The position numbers and the translations under genes were made by a program. A stretch of DNA of 64,000 nucleotides from a phage, in assembly GCA_027262695.1 (NCBI GenBank), contig GCA_027262695.1_4722.1, one strand, 5' to 3'. Shown piece after piece: positions 1 to 8,892 of the stretch. Numbering within the stretch: the first letter of the stretch is position 1; every line of letters begins with the position of its first letter. The notes under the pieces are model-generated. The model was not told the origin of the DNA. It did not search any database and saw only the letters and a program-made list of their open reading frames with translations.

Positions 1-452
1 TTTTTCCATCCTGTGTTTCTCTTGTTAGGCGTATGTATTAACGACGCCACCGTCTTTTCTGGATCATCCCATAATGCGCGACGAAAACTGGACACCACCA
101 TAACGGTAGGATAGATCTGTACGACCTCCCAACCGTAACGATGCGCATTCGTCGTGCGCCCAACATTGAACAAACACAATTGATTTAAGAAACAGAGCTG
201 CATCTTCGTAAACAACAGCGTGTCTTCACGTTTCACGTAACCGAGGATGTAGGCGTTCTCGAACGCTTCACGTGCTAAGACAGGACGGTTAAGATAACGT
301 AGCGACAACACCAACAACGCAGTGATACGCAACGGATCTTCGGGTCCTTTTAAATCATTCAGCTCGTTCTGCAACCAATCCGGAATCGCCACCGTTAGGC
401 GATAGGTGTCTGTTCCACGGTCAACCACATTTAATGTTGAAAAAGGCAACAT
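1..452 (-). CDS. hypothetical protein, 3' end truncated by window edge (begins MLPFSTLNVVDRG)
   Basis: Manual minus-strand translation stays open from the ATG at 452..450 to position 1; AAGGAA RBS about 10 nt upstream; not in the ORF track because no stop lies inside the window. Confidence 0.45.
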   Translation of the reverse strand, partial: MLPFSTLNVVDRGTDTYRLTVAIPDWLQNELNDLKGPEDPLRITALLVLSLRYLNRPVLAREAFENAYILGYVKREDTLLFTKMQLCFLNQLCLFNVGRTTNAHRYGWEVVQIYPTVMVVSSFRRALWDDPEKTVASLIHTPNKRNTGWK

Positions 453-1044
453 ACCCGTGAATTCCTTCTAACTCGAGGTCGTTCTCGTCGGTTTTCGGTA
501 AAAGTCCGTTAGCTGCCAGCATCCTTGTCATCGCGCCATCGAAGCACGGGAAGATAAGGTTAATAGTTTCATTAATCGCATCAACGTAGCTATACACCGC
601 TTCGAAGTAATCGCCGTCATGATCGATACTCACCAGATCTTGACATAGGTCTTCGGCAATCGTTTCATATACCGGCGGATACCACGAATGAAACGGTCGC
701 TGCATACGTAACGACCAATACTCATACGTCGTATACTGAAGCACGTCATAGGCTGATACGTTAATGCAGTCAAAGAAAGCATACGTGTCCATGTGTTGGT
801 ACAACATCGCCAACACGGTTTCCAAACACACAGCTATCCGCACGCCATCATCTTTCCCGTTAAGGAAATTCGGTTTCTGCCGGTAACGCACGAATGCCGA
901 TAGCCTTGATTGTACTATTCCACCACCAACCATAATGTCATACTCGTATCTAACGTGAAATTGAAATGCCACCAATCTTCCACGCGTGGAATCCAGGTGC
1001 GGAGGATCTGATGAACCTCGCTTCGCATCACGGACAACCGACAA
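421..1044 (-). CDS. hypothetical protein (start uncertain, possibly internal Met near 933)
   Basis: ORF track; N-terminal ~37 aa look like out-of-frame read-through of the upstream gene, the remainder has balanced composition. Confidence 0.4.
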   Translation of the reverse strand: MSVVRDAKRGSSDPPHLDSTRGRLVAFQFHVRYEYDIMVGGGIVQSRLSAFVRYRQKPNFLNGKDDGVRIAVCLETVLAMLYQHMDTYAFFDCINVSAYDVLQYTTYEYWSLRMQRPFHSWYPPVYETIAEDLCQDLVSIDHDGDYFEAVYSYVDAINETINLIFPCFDGAMTRMLAANGLLPKTDENDLELEGIHGYVAFFNIKCG

Positions 1045-1472
1045 CGGAAATCAAACTTCTCATCACGGCCGTAGTCTTCATGCAGGAAAACTTCATCCAA
1101 AACAAACTCAAGTTGTGTATCGACATCACGACCCGAGATATTTCGTTTGTACAGATAAAGTTCAATCGTGTCATAAAGCAACGTATGGATATCGTAATTG
1201 CCATTCGGTGAGAAATAAGGTAAGCGCTCATCGAACATCAAAAACAGATATTCACTGTAGTTTAAGAACGGGATGATGTACCGACGTCCTGTCTGTGGTG
1301 CGCGAATATGTATCGAAACCTGACCTGGACGCGGAATCGCCGACGGTTTAGCATCGTCTCTCTGAAATTGCTCTAAAGATCGCAACAAAGGTGGCCGCAT
1401 TGTAACTCTCCAACGCCCAATTGTAAGGCCCTTCCAACATATGTTCCCATACGTGAATAAACTCACTACCAA
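915..1472 (-). CDS. hypothetical protein (start uncertain)
   Basis: ORF track; overlaps both neighbours out of frame; only the C-terminal ~120 aa look protein-like. Confidence 0.35.
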   Translation of the reverse strand: MVVSLFTYGNICWKGLTIGRWRVTMRPPLLRSLEQFQRDDAKPSAIPRPGQVSIHIRAPQTGRRYIIPFLNYSEYLFLMFDERLPYFSPNGNYDIHTLLYDTIELYLYKRNISGRDVDTQLEFVLDEVFLHEDYGRDEKFDFRCRLSVMRSEVHQILRTWIPRVEDWWHFNFTLDTSMTLWLVVE

Positions 1473-1977
1473 AAACCGGTTCTAACGTCATCGTAAGATG
1501 CGTAAGTTCAGAAGCTGCAGCGTGATACGCGTCCACGTGTCTTTCCATCGAAGGTTCGTCTTCGTTGAAAATCCGCTCGGTATCACCAGCGCATTCAATA
1601 AGTTCGGTAATGAGATCGATCCAGGTTTCGTGGCATGTCAGCGTTTCCTGTTCTCGACTTTGTATGCCGATGTCGGCGTGTACGCTGGACTCGAACCGGT
1701 CGAAAAGGACCCGAAGAACGTGCACCTTGTCGATGTATTTCACCGTTATCCAGGAAAGCGGTTGCCATCGACTCAGCATCCATCCGGTGCTCGGGAACCC
1801 CAAACTCATATAGTACGGGTTGCACGGGGCCAAGGACGGAACGGCGTTGTTTGTAGCGTTCCTTAACGGCGAGGCCTTGTTTAACATAAATGGGTTCATT
1901 GGCGAGTTCTGCGGCTTTTCGTTTTGCGTGGGCCAATCGAAGTTCTTCCAATTGTCCAAGCCATTCAAATTGTTCAT
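1348..1977 (-). CDS. hypothetical protein (start uncertain; may be a frameshifted continuation of 1595..2572)
   Basis: ORF track; N-terminal ~60 aa are low-complexity N/P-rich (alternate frame of the upstream gene), the rest is protein-like. Confidence 0.35.
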   Translation of the reverse strand: MNNLNGLDNWKNFDWPTQNEKPQNSPMNPFMLNKASPLRNATNNAVPSLAPCNPYYMSLGFPSTGWMLSRWQPLSWITVKYIDKVHVLRVLFDRFESSVHADIGIQSREQETLTCHETWIDLITELIECAGDTERIFNEDEPSMERHVDAYHAAASELTHLTMTLEPVFGSEFIHVWEHMLEGPYNWALESYNAATFVAIFRAISERRC

Positions 1978-2572
1978 CTGTTAGCTCCTGGGGACGTTCA
2001 ACAACCACGCCCGATGGGCAGACATTGATCGTAATGTTAATTGATGGCATCGCCATCACGCGAGGATGACTGTTGCGCATCCGAACAACGTGTTGACCTG
2101 CATTCTTACGATCGACATGAAATTCTGTTTCCTTAAAGTCAAAGGCTTGTACAGGAACAGGTTTCCTTTTACGTTTCGGAACGCGGCCAAGATCGACGAT
2201 GAAAATGTAATCACAAACACGCTCGACCCCATAAACACGATTTTCAGACCAACTCTTACCGAATACATTCGGATGGTAATACGACAAATACTCGGTTACC
2301 ATTCCCTGGACAAGATCGAAGTCTTCTCGAAATTCAGGTTGGTACCAAATCGGACCGAGGATTTCTGCAAACGCTTCATGTCGATAGCGGCAATCATGCC
2401 GTGTCCAGGGCATTCTCTGATTAAGATCGAAATCCACCAACAATTCGGTTAATTGCAGTTTTGCCTTCGGAGAAAGCTGGCGTTGATGATGCAAACTCAG
2501 GCAATCGATAAGCGGTAACGAAACCCACGACGCTAACGTATACAAATCGATCCTGGCTAATCTCTTGGTCAT
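1595..2572 (-). CDS. hypothetical protein
   Basis: ORF track, 325 aa; first ~250 aa protein-like, C-terminal ~80 aa Arg-rich and possibly out-of-frame read-through. Confidence 0.45.
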   Translation of the reverse strand: MTKRLARIDLYTLASWVSLPLIDCLSLHHQRQLSPKAKLQLTELLVDFDLNQRMPWTRHDCRYRHEAFAEILGPIWYQPEFREDFDLVQGMVTEYLSYYHPNVFGKSWSENRVYGVERVCDYIFIVDLGRVPKRKRKPVPVQAFDFKETEFHVDRKNAGQHVVRMRNSHPRVMAMPSINITINVCPSGVVVERPQELTDEQFEWLGQLEELRLAHAKRKAAELANEPIYVKQGLAVKERYKQRRSVLGPVQPVLYEFGVPEHRMDAESMATAFLDNGEIHRQGARSSGPFRPVRVQRTRRHRHTKSRTGNADMPRNLDRSHYRTY

Positions 2573-2663
2573 ACTCTTTTCCTAAGTCCCCATTGTTTAT
2601 ACACACGATATCTGGGAATAGTTAAAATATACGGCGTAAAACGAAACAGGAGAGTTTCTCGCG

Positions 2664-2984
2664 CTATTTTCTTCCTCTTTTGATACAACCGATACCCCTT
2701 TCATTTAAAGCCCCCCAGGCGCGGTTTATTTCATCTTCTGTTGCTCGCGTATCTCGCGGAACCACCATCACGCAGTCTTCTATCGGCCAATGCGTCGGTC
2801 GAGGATCAGCAAATAAATCGTCCCACTCAAACGTCCATTTCCTCTTCGAACGGTTATAGTAAAGCGTGAGGTACGTACGCGTATACGCTGGGTAGCCTTG
2901 TAACACGGCGAAGTCTTTTCGATCCTGATGTGCTTGATTCCATTCGTTAAAACGGTTTCTTATTCTTGTCCACCATTTTCCCAT
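2664..2984 (-). CDS. hypothetical small protein
   Basis: ORF track, 106 aa; GGAGAG RBS upstream of the ATG; sits directly downstream of a terminator hairpin and TATGCCG box. Confidence 0.6.
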   Translation of the reverse strand: MGKWWTRIRNRFNEWNQAHQDRKDFAVLQGYPAYTRTYLTLYYNRSKRKWTFEWDDLFADPRPTHWPIEDCVMVVPRDTRATEDEINRAWGALNERGIGCIKRGRK

Positions 2985-3006
2985 AAACTCTCCTACACGG
3001 CATAAA

Positions 3007-3028
3007 AGCCTGCCCCGAAGGACAGGCT
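3007..3028 (-). terminator. rho-independent terminator hairpin with UUCG loop and T-run (minus strand)
   Basis: Minus strand reads AGCCTGTCC-TTCG-GGGCAGGCT followed by TTTTATGCCG; the same 31 nt recur at 61927 in the opposite orientation. Confidence 0.6.
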
Positions 3029-3041
3029 CATCATGATACTT

Positions 3042-3239
3042 TTAACCTTCCATCTTCAATGAGGGATGGTTGACGATATGTGCATGTTTGGTTGGGTCGT
3101 ACGACTGATAAGGGAAATAGCCATGCCATTGACGGCCTTGACATTTCGTACACAGGAACTGACCATCACGGCGTTGATGCTCGTAGGCCAGTTCAGTGCT
3201 ATCAACGTGACCGCAACGTTCGCAGATAAACAGCGACAT
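3042..3239 (-). CDS. small Cys-rich protein (CxxC...CxxC, zinc-ribbon-like)
   Basis: ORF track, 65 aa (MSLFICERCGH...CTKCQG); GGAG RBS; followed by the terminator at 3007. Confidence 0.55.
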   Translation of the reverse strand: MSLFICERCGHVDSTELAYEHQRRDGQFLCTKCQGRQWHGYFPYQSYDPTKHAHIVNHPSLKMEG

Positions 3240-3255
3240 AGCGCATCTCCATGGA

Positions 3256-4236
3256 TTAGAAAAGCAAGAAACCGCTGTTCTTCGCTTCCGCTACGGTTTC
3301 ATCACCCACCTTCGGTGCTTGTTGACGTGCGTTACGATGTTCAACAAAACGTTTTGCTTCGTCCGCGATTTGTTTGATAATACCCCCTAAACGATCGGTG
3401 CTTAATACGAACGATGTCGCTTCACGAATCGGGCTGCTTTCCGGCACAAAACCATCACAGCTATAAATAGCATTAACACCCATGACTTTCGTCGCGTCTT
3501 TCGGATACAACGTACAGAAAGCAATCGGGCTATCATGCTCTTTGGTCCACTCGTATCCCATGAACGTGTTCAATTCGGTGATGGTCGGTTCCAAACCGGT
3601 AACACGAGGATGGTTTAAGAAGTTCTCCAGATCAGCGCTATCCAAGCGACGGTTCTCACCAGAGAACAACACACAGAGTTGGCTGATAACGATCTGGACA
3701 TCCAGGTTAACGTCTTGCTCTGATTTTCCGTTTTCGCCATTCATGTGGTAGCTGACAATCACAGGACGTTTCAACCCTTCTGCGGCTGCCATCAGTCCTT
3801 TGAACGTACGGTCAGCATTGATGGTCTGACGTTCATCGTCAAAGGAGGCAACGATACAGCAAACAACACGCTCACCGCGTTCCAGCAGGTTAGCGACCAG
3901 CGCAGGGCCTGCAACGGAACCCGAACCACCGCTTAAGCTGAAGACGACGATGTTGAATTTACCTGGCGTATGCTTATTAAGAATACCTGGGATTTGTGAG
4001 CAGATCAGTTCAGCATTCTCATCGCGTTTCTTACCGGAACCATCAAGCTCGCGGCCTGCTGCATCTTTAAAGATGTAAATGTGATCATCGTCCAGTGCGC
4101 TATCACGTAGGTTAGCACGGCTGGTATCAACATACGTCATGCTGTGTAATCCTTTCGCGACTTCGCCTTCAAATGCTGAGCCGATTTCGCCACCACAACC
4201 ACCAACCGCCCAAATATGTACTTGGTTCTCTTGCAT
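3256..4236 (-). CDS. phuZ: tubulin/FtsZ-like GTPase, PhuZ-like phage tubulin
   Basis: 326 aa; N-terminal VGGCGGEIG resembles the tubulin GQCGNQIG loop and SGGSGSVAGP resembles the tubulin GGGTGSG signature; AGGAG RBS 6 nt upstream; size matches known PhuZ proteins. Confidence 0.65.
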   Translation of the reverse strand: MQENQVHIWAVGGCGGEIGSAFEGEVAKGLHSMTYVDTSRANLRDSALDDDHIYIFKDAAGRELDGSGKKRDENAELICSQIPGILNKHTPGKFNIVVFSLSGGSGSVAGPALVANLLERGERVVCCIVASFDDERQTINADRTFKGLMAAAEGLKRPVIVSYHMNGENGKSEQDVNLDVQIVISQLCVLFSGENRRLDSADLENFLNHPRVTGLEPTITELNTFMGYEWTKEHDSPIAFCTLYPKDATKVMGVNAIYSCDGFVPESSPIREATSFVLSTDRLGGIIKQIADEAKRFVEHRNARQQAPKVGDETVAEAKNSGFLLF

Positions 4237-4300
4237 GTGAACTCCTAACTTGATATGTATTTAACGCACAATGAATCTTTCTTTACTAAAGGGGTGACCC

Positions 4301-5143
4301 ATGGGTGCTATTGACTACAGTGTCGATCGTATCTGCCGTACAATACCGGCAGATATTCTACAGTATTGCTATATCGATCGTTACGATTGGCGTAACCGCT
4401 ATCCGCGTTCCGTTGAAGATATCATTACCGATTGGGTAATCCGTAAACGGGTTATCGGGGACATCGACATCTACGGGGGACTACAAACCGTTATCCCTCT
4501 TGATGATGCAGGCGTTACGATTGAAGAAGTCACCATTAACTGTTATGTTTTCCATATTCCGCTGGAAGCGACACAGGGACGTTACATCACGTCAGCCTTG
4601 TCGATTATCTCCGGAAGCGTGAATAACTACGGAATCAACTATAACGGTCAATGGGGGGCGTTCAACCAAACCCAGTTCCAACGTCAACTTTGCGGATGGA
4701 ACCCCGCAAGCAACGCATTGCAACAAGGAATGAATGCATTCGGTCCTGTGAACATCCTCAGTACCGCTAACGTTGACATCATCGCACCTAACACCATCAT
4801 GGTGAACAACGTCACACCGGTTCAATTCCCGTTGAGCTTACGCTGTTTCCTTGCCCATGATCCAGAACTAACCAACCTCAGCATGGAAGTCTGGAACGAC
4901 TTTTACAAGCTCTGTTTATACGCCACACAAAGTGACATCTATAACAGAACCGTTATTCGTCTCGATCGTGGTGTTACCGCACAAGGTCAAGAAGTCGGTG
5001 CATTCAAGGAATACATCGATCGCTTCGCTGATGCGGAAAACACCTACCAGGAATTCCTGAACGAGACGTGGGCAGGCGTTGCTGCATGGAACGACCCACA
5101 AACGAAACGTCGGGCAATACGTCTGCAAACCGGTTACTTCTAA
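4301..5143 (+). CDS. hypothetical protein
   Basis: ORF track, 280 aa; AGGGG RBS; transcribed divergently from the phuZ candidate. Confidence 0.6.
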   Translation: MGAIDYSVDRICRTIPADILQYCYIDRYDWRNRYPRSVEDIITDWVIRKRVIGDIDIYGGLQTVIPLDDAGVTIEEVTINCYVFHIPLEATQGRYITSALSIISGSVNNYGINYNGQWGAFNQTQFQRQLCGWNPASNALQQGMNAFGPVNILSTANVDIIAPNTIMVNNVTPVQFPLSLRCFLAHDPELTNLSMEVWNDFYKLCLYATQSDIYNRTVIRLDRGVTAQGQEVGAFKEYIDRFADAENTYQEFLNETWAGVAAWNDPQTKRRAIRLQTGYF

Positions 5144-5146
5144 AGA

Positions 5147-5668
5147 CTATGCCGCCTTTTCCAACAATGTTGGTTGAGGCGGTTGTTGTTTGAAAACCAC
5201 CATCATATCAGCAAACATCGCAGCCACAGTCCCTACGGACGTCGCTAACTGAATGCTCAATTCGACATCAGGTGGAAGACAATCAAAATGAACACCGTAT
5301 TGCGTATGTGTCTGTTCAACAACGATACGGGGAACGATCTTGCTCTTAACCGCATCGGTCATGAACAAACGTAAGAACGTTTCACCGTCTTCGCTATCCG
5401 TAAAGCGATACGCGTTACCAGAAAACTCGACGCTTGGCGTAACGATAAACTGCACGCGATCGTCAGTCGGATGGATATTTAGCCACCGTGCAACATCGTC
5501 CGTGTTAACGTTACGCATACTCAGCACGGTATACGCAAACAACGTATCATGGTGTTTAGAATAATGCAGTACATAAGCCGCATCTTTCTTTTTGTGAACC
5601 CCTTCATTGTATTCTATTGTCGTGTAGCCTGATTTATATAGCTTTACTTGCGGTTTCTCGCTCATCAT
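5147..5668 (-). CDS. hypothetical protein
   Basis: ORF 5147..5749 trimmed to the ATG that overlaps the upstream stop (ATGATGA). Confidence 0.5.
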   Translation of the reverse strand: MMSEKPQVKLYKSGYTTIEYNEGVHKKKDAAYVLHYSKHHDTLFAYTVLSMRNVNTDDVARWLNIHPTDDRVQFIVTPSVEFSGNAYRFTDSEDGETFLRLFMTDAVKSKIVPRIVVEQTHTQYGVHFDCLPPDVELSIQLATSVGTVAAMFADMMVVFKQQPPQPTLLEKAA

Positions 5669-5964
5669 AACAACCCTTCCCGTTTCATCGCAGAACGCAT
5701 ACTTGCGTAAAGCGCATTCTTCATTGCACCTGGACGTAACGGATAACAAATCTCATATCGACGTCCTTGTTTTACAGCGATCTTTCTTCCATTCAAAAAC
5801 AACGTTCCATTATCCAGCAAGAGCTCACCTTGCAATACCATGAGCCCTGCCTTAACATGCCGTCCTTCTTCTTTGGTTAACACTTTGTAGCCGTGTTTAT
5901 CCAATAACCACAACTCGTAAATACCGTGCGCAGCCTTTGGCGTTACTTTCTTTTTCGTCGTCAT
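5665..5964 (-). CDS. hypothetical protein
   Basis: ORF track, 99 aa; strong AAGGAGG RBS. Confidence 0.6.
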   Translation of the reverse strand: MTTKKKVTPKAAHGIYELWLLDKHGYKVLTKEEGRHVKAGLMVLQGELLLDNGTLFLNGRKIAVKQGRRYEICYPLRPGAMKNALYASMRSAMKREGLL

Positions 5965-5976
5965 GATCGATCCTCC

Positions 5977-6357
5977 TTAAACTCCTTGTCGGATCATCAC
6001 CAACCGGAGCATATTGTATTCCAACGTGGCGCTTTCTAATTCGAATTCATATCGATACCAGAAATTCGGCTCCAATTGGTTTACAATACAACAACGCACC
6101 TTCGTTTGCACCTTCCTTGACAGCTCACGTAAGAAACGGGTTACCTCCGGTTTGAAGTAATACGCCAAACCTAACTGATCGGAATAAAACAGGCCGCTAT
6201 CATTCGCAGCCTGCAGGATAACATATTCGACCATCAGATGACGTACATTCGGTTCAGGTACCGACGAACATAACGCAAGATCCAACACATCAACGATCGG
6301 ACCAACGTACACGGCAGCACGGTATTCACGAATAACATCAACGTTATCCATGGCCAC
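5977..6357 (-). CDS. hypothetical protein
   Basis: ORF track, 126 aa; AGGTGG RBS. Confidence 0.55.
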   Translation of the reverse strand: MAMDNVDVIREYRAAVYVGPIVDVLDLALCSSVPEPNVRHLMVEYVILQAANDSGLFYSDQLGLAYYFKPEVTRFLRELSRKVQTKVRCCIVNQLEPNFWYRYEFELESATLEYNMLRLVMIRQGV

Positions 6358-6364
6358 CTACTGA

Positions 6365-7189
6365 TTAGTTGTTGTTTTCCGATAAGCTGATATAGTTAAA
6401 CGTACGATCGCGTAAACAGGCATAGCGCGGTAATGCGCTAAGGATGATCATCTTCAGCTGCATCGCAAGCGATGTGCGTTCTTCATCGGTCGCATCATCC
6501 CCCCATTTACCCGGTTTAACCTGGATGGGTTCCTGAGGATCCTGCGGAAAGATAAAACTCAACAGCAGGTAATCCGTGCGGAATTCCCATACCTCCCGTC
6601 CATCGCTATTGGTTTCTTTACGCAACGTGAACGGCTGACGCTCCGTGGTAGGATCCAACATCAGTGGACGACCACGAACAACCTCAAGTTTACGTGGGCT
6701 GACGAACGTTGTTCGTTCTGGAAGATGCTTTTCAACCTCGTCGGTATCTAACAAGAACAAAATGATATCATCAAAATGCTCGGGTGCGAACGTGTGTATT
6801 GGCTCACCGTCGGTGTAGGAACAGATCGCCTGGAGTATGGGTGTTTTATCCGAGAAGCTCTGGCATGACCCGCGCGTGATCGGTAAGGTATTCCAAAGAT
6901 GTTCTGTAGACAACTCCACCGGCACCAACGGCTGATCATCGATGAACACCACGCAGGTCATCCCAACAGGAATATGTCCGTCGTTATTCGGTTCGAAGAC
7001 CAAGCGAAGTTTACCGGTGATCAATGCTAACTCATCCGGCAGTAAACGATTCGCTGAACGCGCCAAACGGAATCCGGTTGCTTGGTGATACGGTTCGGGT
7101 TTATAACCACGGACAATAAGGGAAACCTCCGCAAGTTCGATGCTTACGAAGGCGTTTTTGATGTCCTTATTGTTCATCGTTAACGTCAT
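6365..7189 (-). CDS. hypothetical protein
   Basis: ORF track, 274 aa. Confidence 0.55.
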   Translation of the reverse strand: MTLTMNNKDIKNAFVSIELAEVSLIVRGYKPEPYHQATGFRLARSANRLLPDELALITGKLRLVFEPNNDGHIPVGMTCVVFIDDQPLVPVELSTEHLWNTLPITRGSCQSFSDKTPILQAICSYTDGEPIHTFAPEHFDDIILFLLDTDEVEKHLPERTTFVSPRKLEVVRGRPLMLDPTTERQPFTLRKETNSDGREVWEFRTDYLLLSFIFPQDPQEPIQVKPGKWGDDATDEERTSLAMQLKMIILSALPRYACLRDRTFNYISLSENNN

Positions 7190-8204
7190 TGTTCATTTTC
7201 TCCGTTGCAACAAATCGTTCAAGTTCATTCAGTAAACGTGCTTTTAACGTCGCATCCACGTCTGGTGCATGTTTATCACGGTACCATTCTGTTCCGTTGT
7301 ACTGTAAACTTACATGCCATGTGCCTAATGGACTATCTTCTGCCGCTGCGATGAAGTTCTTAACACCGGTTTTGGTTGGATACTTCATGATCGGCACGGC
7401 TTTATCTGGATCCATCAGTGTAAGATCCTGGAAGTTATAATCCAGAAGCGTCAACATGCGTTGCTTGCGTAATAACACCCCGCATTGCAGGATGGTAAAA
7501 TCGATTCCCCAGAAACGAAGTTTACCTCCTACGCCTATTGGCGTATGCCCACGATAAACCGCAAGATAGATTTCCCCTTTATCGGTTTCTTTGTTGTAGC
7601 CTGCGATGAATGCCGCGGTGATCAACGGTTGATCGCCTTTCGCTAAAAAAGCGGGATGGCTACGATACAACCAATCGCTACGGATCAAATCGGTAACCTG
7701 ACCTAAACGTGCGGTTGGTACCATCGTTGATCCTAAAGTTTCATCAACAGGAATCTGATAATACTCGAACAGAACCCCATCGATTTCTTCGGTTGCATAA
7801 GGCGTACGCTCTGGATCGTTAAGCACCTTACGAAGTTTCTCATCGATTTCGTTTACACGATCGTCATGCGCTTTCTCACGGCTTCCAACAACGAAAGCAA
7901 CCAGATTGCGTACACTTACGAAGACGTCATCTTTTTCGGTCTCGGTAAGATCTTCCGCATCAGGCATCGTTGTCCAGTGCAAAGGACCTTCTACCACCTT
8001 AAGCCACTTATCTTCACGTTCAGGATAAACAAACGGTTTATGAACAGGAACATCCGTGTGTTGAACACGTAACAGTAAATTGCATAACGGAGGTAATGTT
8101 TTCTCTAACGGTGGAACAATACCTGATGTAACAGCAATGACATAACGGTTAAGAACAAGAGAAGCGGAATAGGTAATGTTATCTAATCCTGGTAATTGAT
8201 CCAT
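7167..8204 (-). CDS. hypothetical protein
   Basis: ORF track, 345 aa; AAGGA RBS; preceded by an AT-rich intergenic region. Confidence 0.6.
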   Translation of the reverse strand: MDQLPGLDNITYSASLVLNRYVIAVTSGIVPPLEKTLPPLCNLLLRVQHTDVPVHKPFVYPEREDKWLKVVEGPLHWTTMPDAEDLTETEKDDVFVSVRNLVAFVVGSREKAHDDRVNEIDEKLRKVLNDPERTPYATEEIDGVLFEYYQIPVDETLGSTMVPTARLGQVTDLIRSDWLYRSHPAFLAKGDQPLITAAFIAGYNKETDKGEIYLAVYRGHTPIGVGGKLRFWGIDFTILQCGVLLRKQRMLTLLDYNFQDLTLMDPDKAVPIMKYPTKTGVKNFIAAAEDSPLGTWHVSLQYNGTEWYRDKHAPDVDATLKARLLNELERFVATEKMNNDVNDEQ

Positions 8205-8420
8205 GATAGAAATCCTTATTGGTTTTGATCTGTTGTTTAATTAACATATTAAGTTTTAAAGAGGTTATGTTTTACGTCATATTCGATGTTTGTATTGATG
8301 AATTAGAATACTTGTATTTTTAAGCGAGTATAATAATAGTAATAAACCTAAATTAATCTCTGTTACTTACTGTTCTATCTAAAGATAGTAAACTGATATA
8401 ATGCTCCCCACCACCCCATT
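8205..8420 (-). promoter_or_regulatory. AT-rich intergenic region, putative promoter for the 7167..8204 operon
   Basis: Long AT-rich stretch with several TATAAT-like boxes between two minus-strand genes. Confidence 0.3.
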
Positions 8421-8432
8421 CTCCCAAGTAAT

Positions 8433-8488
8433 ACTGGCCTACCGGCCCTCTCCTTTTTAGGGAGAGAGGTAAGCAACCAGTATTGCTC
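8433..8488. other. nested stem-loop element (outer 11-bp stem with G-U wobble, inner CTCTCC/GGAGAG hairpin)
   Basis: AGTAATACTGG...CCAGTATTGCT enclose CCCTCTCC-TTTTTA-GGGAGAGAGG; lies downstream of gene 8542..8892. Confidence 0.3.
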
Positions 8489-8541
8489 AAATGAATAAGC
8501 AAAGCTGTAGAGATTTACTGCCGCTTTACCTCTCTTATCTA

Positions 8542-8892
8542 TCAACACCCTATCTCTGCATAAACCTTCAATGCTTCGAATGCATCTCCCTTCTTTGTCA
8601 TCGTCTTGTACAGACGTGATTGAGCAATGATTTTTACCCATTGCTTAGGATCATGAAAATTCACGTTTTCAAAATGAGGTGTGTGATCATCATTGAATTT
8701 GATGTACCCTAAAAGCAATCCGGTATGAGAACCTCGACGGAGTTCGATATGGGGTTTGAAGAAGATACGATTGTCTGGTGGATACCAGCTTACCGTGTAG
8801 TAATGGTTTCCCGAAACAACGATTTCATGAACCTGTTTTGTTTCGTCATCGATAACCGCGTTCACGCAAGGAATCATTAATTTTTGAAGCAT
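8542..8892 (-). CDS. hypothetical protein
   Basis: ORF track, 116 aa. Confidence 0.5.
   Translation of the reverse strand: MLQKLMIPCVNAVIDDETKQVHEIVVSGNHYYTVSWYPPDNRIFFKPHIELRRGSHTGLLLGYIKFNDDHTPHFENVNFHDPKQWVKIIAQSRLYKTMTKKGDAFEALKVYAEIGC

Noticed and set aside
2066-2452. 128-aa plus-strand ORF
   Set aside because: Antisense to the better-supported minus-strand ORF 1595..2572.
8375-8641. 88-aa minus-strand ORF in the ORF track
   Set aside because: Lies mostly in the AT-rich, structured intergenic region, overlaps gene 8542..8892 out of frame, and has an implausible sequence; treated as spurious.
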